From positions 1 through 10,910 of the forward strand of contig JBNKNM010000193.1 of the NCBI GenBank assembly GCA_050293845.1: DNA of 10,910 nt. Reading direction: 5' to 3'. The position numbers and the translations under genes were made by a program. The notes below the pieces were generated by a model. That model ran no database searches, was not told the DNA's origin, and was given only the letters and a program-made list of their open reading frames with translations. Positions 7,155 through 10,910 of this stretch are shown here, piece by piece. The number at the start of each line of letters is the position of its first letter. Position 1 is the first letter of the stretch. This DNA comes from Pseudobacteriovorax sp. (GTDB taxonomy: Bacteria > Bdellovibrionota_B > Oligoflexia > Oligoflexales > Oligoflexaceae).

Positions 7155-8449
7155 AGTCTTCTCCTTTTCTGATCAGTCTGAAGCTTCATAGAAGGAATAG
7201 GTTTTGGAGTCGCATCATCATGATACAAGTAAAAACCTTGGGGTTTTTCTTCTTCATATCCGTTCAAAGCAAATCTTTGTTTCTGATATCCCTCTCTTTG
7301 CTGAGTGGCTGAGGGTACTAAGAAATCTCGAAAACTATTGCTCGGATTATTACTATTATCATTACAAATATCGTATAGCTCAATAAAGCGAACGATTGCT
7401 TCCCATTTGGCATCACCATTAAAATGGACCCCGCCGTTGTATTCACTACCATAAAAGAAACAGCCATGTTTGCTTGTGTAGTCATGCAAACTGTCTTGGT
7501 ATCCATCTACTTTAAAGTGAAACCATGGGGTACCATTCGAAGAAGATCCCTTTTTCCTTCCATCAATTCTGAAATTACTTGGATTTTGACACCTCCATTT
7601 TTTTAGGACTAATACGGCTTCATCGATATTGAGAGCCTCGGATTTCCTATTTTTGATTCCATTTGATACCGACGGAATAGCCACATTTGATCGTTTCTCA
7701 GACTTATGCACTTTGGCTAAAGGGTTGACCTTAACAATAATATTCTTCGACTTTTCGATTATACTATCTGATACTTCTAGCTCAGCAAACTTAGTGTCCT
7801 CTGTTAGAAACCTAGAATCCAATTTTTTCTGTAATTTTCTAAACAGAATTGATTTAGCTAATTGTTGAATAAATCGGCATTCTGCTAAATCTGCTCTCTC
7901 AAACTCATTAATATTCTCTGGATTTTTTGTAATTTCTACCCGAGCAATTCGGTACGAGGGGAAGAGAAATAGATTCAGGGGAGACATTGTTCTAAGGTAA
8001 CGGGTCGTATGATTTTTGGCAGATGAATCAGCAGCGTCAACAATATGGGCCAACTTCAAGCCTAATTTTCGAAAATGGGCGTTCACTCCACAGAATTTGA
8101 AACTGGACTCAACTCCATCTTTATACCAGGATGCTGGTATCTGCCTTCGCTCCAATTGAGATAAGATCGTATCTGTAGGAATCTTGCCATCTATCCAAGA
8201 TTGATAAAGTGCGATTAATGGCTCGTTATCAACCGAAATAAACGACTTATCGGACTCTACTAGCGTCGATCCTCTGCGAGAGAACTTAGAATACTTTCTG
8301 ACGGGGAGTAGGTTGGGGGTTTCAGTCAGTTGATTTTCAATCCATTTTTGGGCCTTGTGAATTTCATTGATATGAGGCATCAGATTGAAGCAAATCGCCA
8401 TTAGCTCTTCAAGTGTGCATGTTAAGCTGTCATTTCTGAAGTTTGTCAT
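7151..8449 (-). CDS. Hypothetical 432-aa two-domain protein with an N-terminal HNH-like motif
   Basis: Long ORF with RBS AAGGA. GLKLAHIVDA...SPLNLFLFP resembles the 'AHI...N.L.L' core of beta-beta-alpha-metal nucleases. A Lys/Ser-rich linker precedes an unrecognised aromatic/Gly-rich C-terminal domain. Confidence 0.7.
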   Translation of the reverse strand: MTNFRNDSLTCTLEELMAICFNLMPHINEIHKAQKWIENQLTETPNLLPVRKYSKFSRRGSTLVESDKSFISVDNEPLIALYQSWIDGKIPTDTILSQLERRQIPASWYKDGVESSFKFCGVNAHFRKLGLKLAHIVDAADSSAKNHTTRYLRTMSPLNLFLFPSYRIARVEITKNPENINEFERADLAECRFIQQLAKSILFRKLQKKLDSRFLTEDTKFAELEVSDSIIEKSKNIIVKVNPLAKVHKSEKRSNVAIPSVSNGIKNRKSEALNIDEAVLVLKKWRCQNPSNFRIDGRKKGSSSNGTPWFHFKVDGYQDSLHDYTSKHGCFFYGSEYNGGVHFNGDAKWEAIVRFIELYDICNDNSNNPSNSFRDFLVPSATQQREGYQKQRFALNGYEEEKPQGFYLYHDDATPKPIPSMKLQTDQKRRRL

Positions 8450-8461
8450 GTTTTATCCTTT

Positions 8462-8689
8462 TTACTCTGAGTCACAGAGCGGGCGCTTCTTACCAGTGGA
8501 CCTCTCTTTACTGATCCCATACCCGTGGCAAATTGAACATTCTTTAGGATGGCTGTTACGCTCTAAATATTCATTAACCAGCGATTTTGAAACTTTCAAC
8601 CTCCTGGAGATTGTTTCTACAGATAGACCTTTGTTATGCAGTTCCAGCGCGTGATTGGCTTTTTCAATCGTTTCATCTTTGCTTGGCAT
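8462..8689 (-). CDS. Small HTH DNA-binding protein with a C-terminal CxxCxGxG motif
   Basis: ALELHNKGLSVETISRRLKVSKSLVNEYL is a clear HTH, followed by CSICHGYG. Starts 1 nt after the upstream stop with RBS AGGAGA. Confidence 0.8.
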   Translation of the reverse strand: MPSKDETIEKANHALELHNKGLSVETISRRLKVSKSLVNEYLERNSHPKECSICHGYGISKERSTGKKRPLCDSE

Positions 8690-8690
8690 C

Positions 8691-10694
8691 CTATTCTCCT
8701 ATGGCTCTATGGTATTGGATACCTTTGGTAATATTCATCCAATACTCCCAAATCATAACCATTGCCAAGGTATCCAACTCACAATACTTAAGCAGAGCCT
8801 GGATCACCAACTCCCTCTCAGTATCATTCATCTCGCTAAACTGCATTTTCGCATAAGCCGTCATAGCTGCCCCACCATCAGCAAGCTCATCGTTGCTCAT
8901 TAAACGATCTAACTTACTAACATCCACTCCATCGAAAATTGTAGGAAGCAGCTTGTACGGGTCCTTAACAGAACCATCGTCATCGAATTGAATCCAGGAA
9001 TAGGCTTTAAAATTATGACTCACCAAGGATTCGCTTCCATAGATTGGCTGACTATACTTATCTTGGAGAAATTTCGACTCATTGAGGATAGCAGGCAGAA
9101 CTTTTTTAATGCTGTTGGAGCCGTTAGTAAGAGGATGGAAGTAGTACTTTCTTACCACCTCACACATATCGATCATATTACGCTCACCAAGCCATTGCTC
9201 TTCAGATTTAGAACGAGACTTTGTGATGGTTTTTATCCACTCACACAACTCGTCTTTATCACTTTCATTCGATTTTTTAAGCTGATCATAGATCTGGCAA
9301 AGAACAGTATTTTCATGGGGGGCATAGCGGAAGATATTCCCGCCATCCTGATCAAGCTCTTTTTTCAAAGCCCTGATAAAATCAAAGTTAGGAAATTCAC
9401 CGACCTTGCGATTTATATATTCTCCCCCATGGGTGATCTCTCCCGTTTCGCTTACTTTGTGATGGGAAAACTGAAAAGCAATTTGCTCATAAGGAGTTAA
9501 CCCTTTATGAAAGGGTAGGGCGACCATGGTAGTTTCAAAGTCAATAAAATGAAGGGGGTACTTCCAAGATGTAAGCTCTGATCTGAGGGACTCCATCTGT
9601 ATAGAGGGTTTAGCAGATCTGCTACGAATCAACGCAACTTGCTCCCACTGCCTTTCGGTTCTGCTAAATTCCCCAAGCTCTTTAGCGCTGGGCTTCACAT
9701 CGTCTTCAGTAAGATCCCTTGCCAAATAAATACCCTGTTCAAGGAGCTTACCGGCCTTGAGAAAGTTCCAGATATCAAAGACAAAGGGGCCATCTTTTGC
9801 AGACGCATCCCTTTTGACATCTTTCCAGCATTCATGAAATCCGCTTTTTTTGTCCGCTGTCACCTCATCACAGCGAAATTCACAGCTTTTGCAACCGGTC
9901 GTAAAGGGTGTTTGCACTCTCTTATTTTCAGTAAGGATGTTGGAAAGAAATGCGATTTCTTCGGTGAAGGGTAGGGTTCCCTGATCCCTTTCAATGCGAT
10001 CCTCGATGATGAGTTCTACTTCATGGGCAACGTTAATCTCCGTTAATACCTTATTCCCTACAGAGTAGGCATCAAGCCCCGCAAGGGCAACAGCTGAGGT
10101 TCGGCCGTTTTCTTCCACTAGTTTAAACATCTGGTTCAGCCCATCAATAGATGCGGGAGCTGACTTATCAGCCAGCATCAGATAGGGAATGACCGTAAAT
10201 TTTGGAAAGGCTTGGCGCATAACAAAGGCTTGAAAAGCAACATCATAAATATATTTGTCCCAATCCTTTGAAATTTTATACTTACCCTTTTTGAGTATGG
10301 TCTTGTTCCAAAAAACATCGTCTTCATAAGGATCGATCGACTTGGCTTTGACCTCAATAAGGTCGATAGTCTGGCCCCGTTTACGGAGGACGTCCACCCT
10401 TATAAAGAGATTTTGATAGCAAATAGCCGCCTCGTAGATCGTACCGTTTTCCTTGCTGAGTTCTTTATTAGTTAGGGCGATGGCTTCATCATGATCTAGC
10501 GTGGCGATTTCAATGCCATTAGGATTATAGACCTTGGCTAATTCTCCAACCTGAAAACCACCTCTCGCCAACGCTAGAAGAAAAGGATCGTCCAAAGAAT
10601 TATCCAGATAGAGATCTTTGTTGTTGGCATAGTAGAGCTTTGTGGGGCAGGATCTGCCTATCTTGTATTTTGATTTTGTCAAGTAACGAGCCAT
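8691..10694 (-). CDS. DUF2779-domain protein: N-terminal Cas4/RecB-like PD-(D/E)xK nuclease plus C-terminal RNase H-fold DEDD-type domain
   Basis: N-terminal part: LTKSKY....CPTKLYY, G..VGELA, IYEA, RVDVL, LIEVKAKS, YDVAFQ, CKSCEFRC...ECW. C-terminal part: YPLHFIDFET, PYEQIAFQFSHH, HENTVL, IDM, SIKKVLPA, LLKYCELDTLAM. RBS AAGGA. Confidence 0.88.
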   Translation of the reverse strand: MARYLTKSKYKIGRSCPTKLYYANNKDLYLDNSLDDPFLLALARGGFQVGELAKVYNPNGIEIATLDHDEAIALTNKELSKENGTIYEAAICYQNLFIRVDVLRKRGQTIDLIEVKAKSIDPYEDDVFWNKTILKKGKYKISKDWDKYIYDVAFQAFVMRQAFPKFTVIPYLMLADKSAPASIDGLNQMFKLVEENGRTSAVALAGLDAYSVGNKVLTEINVAHEVELIIEDRIERDQGTLPFTEEIAFLSNILTENKRVQTPFTTGCKSCEFRCDEVTADKKSGFHECWKDVKRDASAKDGPFVFDIWNFLKAGKLLEQGIYLARDLTEDDVKPSAKELGEFSRTERQWEQVALIRSRSAKPSIQMESLRSELTSWKYPLHFIDFETTMVALPFHKGLTPYEQIAFQFSHHKVSETGEITHGGEYINRKVGEFPNFDFIRALKKELDQDGGNIFRYAPHENTVLCQIYDQLKKSNESDKDELCEWIKTITKSRSKSEEQWLGERNMIDMCEVVRKYYFHPLTNGSNSIKKVLPAILNESKFLQDKYSQPIYGSESLVSHNFKAYSWIQFDDDGSVKDPYKLLPTIFDGVDVSKLDRLMSNDELADGGAAMTAYAKMQFSEMNDTERELVIQALLKYCELDTLAMVMIWEYWMNITKGIQYHRAIGE

Positions 10695-10750
10695 GATTAT
10701 CCTTTTACTTGTAAGTTCATAACTCGGTCGCTAGCCCTAGAACTTGAGAT

Positions 10751-10822
10751 TGTGATTAGGTGAAATGTGCTAGCTATATAGGTGATGTGCTGTAATATGT
10801 GACCATGGTGACATGCGGGTGA
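10751..10822. promoter_or_regulatory. Candidate operator region upstream of the four-gene operon
   Basis: Imperfect direct repeat TAGGTGAAATGTGCT (10757-10771) / TAGGTGATGTGCT (10779-10791). An 18-bp near-palindrome ATGTGACCATGGTGACAT at 10797-10814 has one mismatched pair. Six (T/G)GTGA pentamers fall within about 72 bp. Confidence 0.35.
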
Positions 10823-10910
10823 GGGTGGGACAGAGTAACTTCTCAATATCGACGGAATGCCATAAATTATGGAACAGAACCGTTTGGGATTGATTTCGAC
10901 AAGAATTCAA

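Noticed and set aside
7204..7868. Short ORFs 7204-7386, 7318-7506, 7424-7606 and 7629-7868
   Set aside because: Nested in or antisense to the 432-aa gene, with no motifs.
8385..9974. Plus-strand ORFs 8385-8654, 8587-8856, 8655-8903, 8988-9500 and 9639-9974
   Set aside because: Antisense shadows of the tightly coupled minus-strand operon.
8691..10694. Calling the gene cas4 or part of a CRISPR locus
   Set aside because: Only the nuclease fold is Cas4-like; there are no other cas genes or array, and it carries a large extra DEDD-type domain.
10867..10910. Gene fragment at the right edge (minus-strand ...EFLSKSIPNGSVP* or plus-strand MEQNRLGLISTRIQ...)
   Set aside because: Too short to decide between the two; needs flanking sequence.

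Overview
AT-rich, mosaic bacterial accessory region with three parts. (1) 1-5790: signalling module among decayed gene fragments. It holds an intact Hanks-type Ser/Thr kinase with a 42-aa (126-bp) TPR array, a canonical ECF sigma factor with a small coupled downstream ORF on the minus strand, and a kinase-associated (TIGR02999/ECF43-like) sigma factor. That sigma is followed by only a collapsed remnant of its own kinase, which begins with the same MNDIDE N-terminus as the intact kinase. IS110-like and CHAT-like scraps lie upstream of the intact kinase. (2) 5787-6330: an IS3-family left end with a broken orfA, joined to a truncated Nu1-like phage terminase small subunit on the opposite strand. 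(3) 6444-10694: a tightly packed, intact four-gene minus-strand operon. It encodes a DUF2779-type PD-(D/E)xK + DEDD dual-nuclease protein, a small HTH/Cys-motif protein, an unknown 432-aa protein with an HNH-like motif, and an atypical HhH-GPD-fold DNA glycosylase-like protein. I do not recognise this combination as a named system; it is the best candidate here for an undescribed anti-phage/DNA-processing system. All family calls come from reading motifs by eye; no searches were run.
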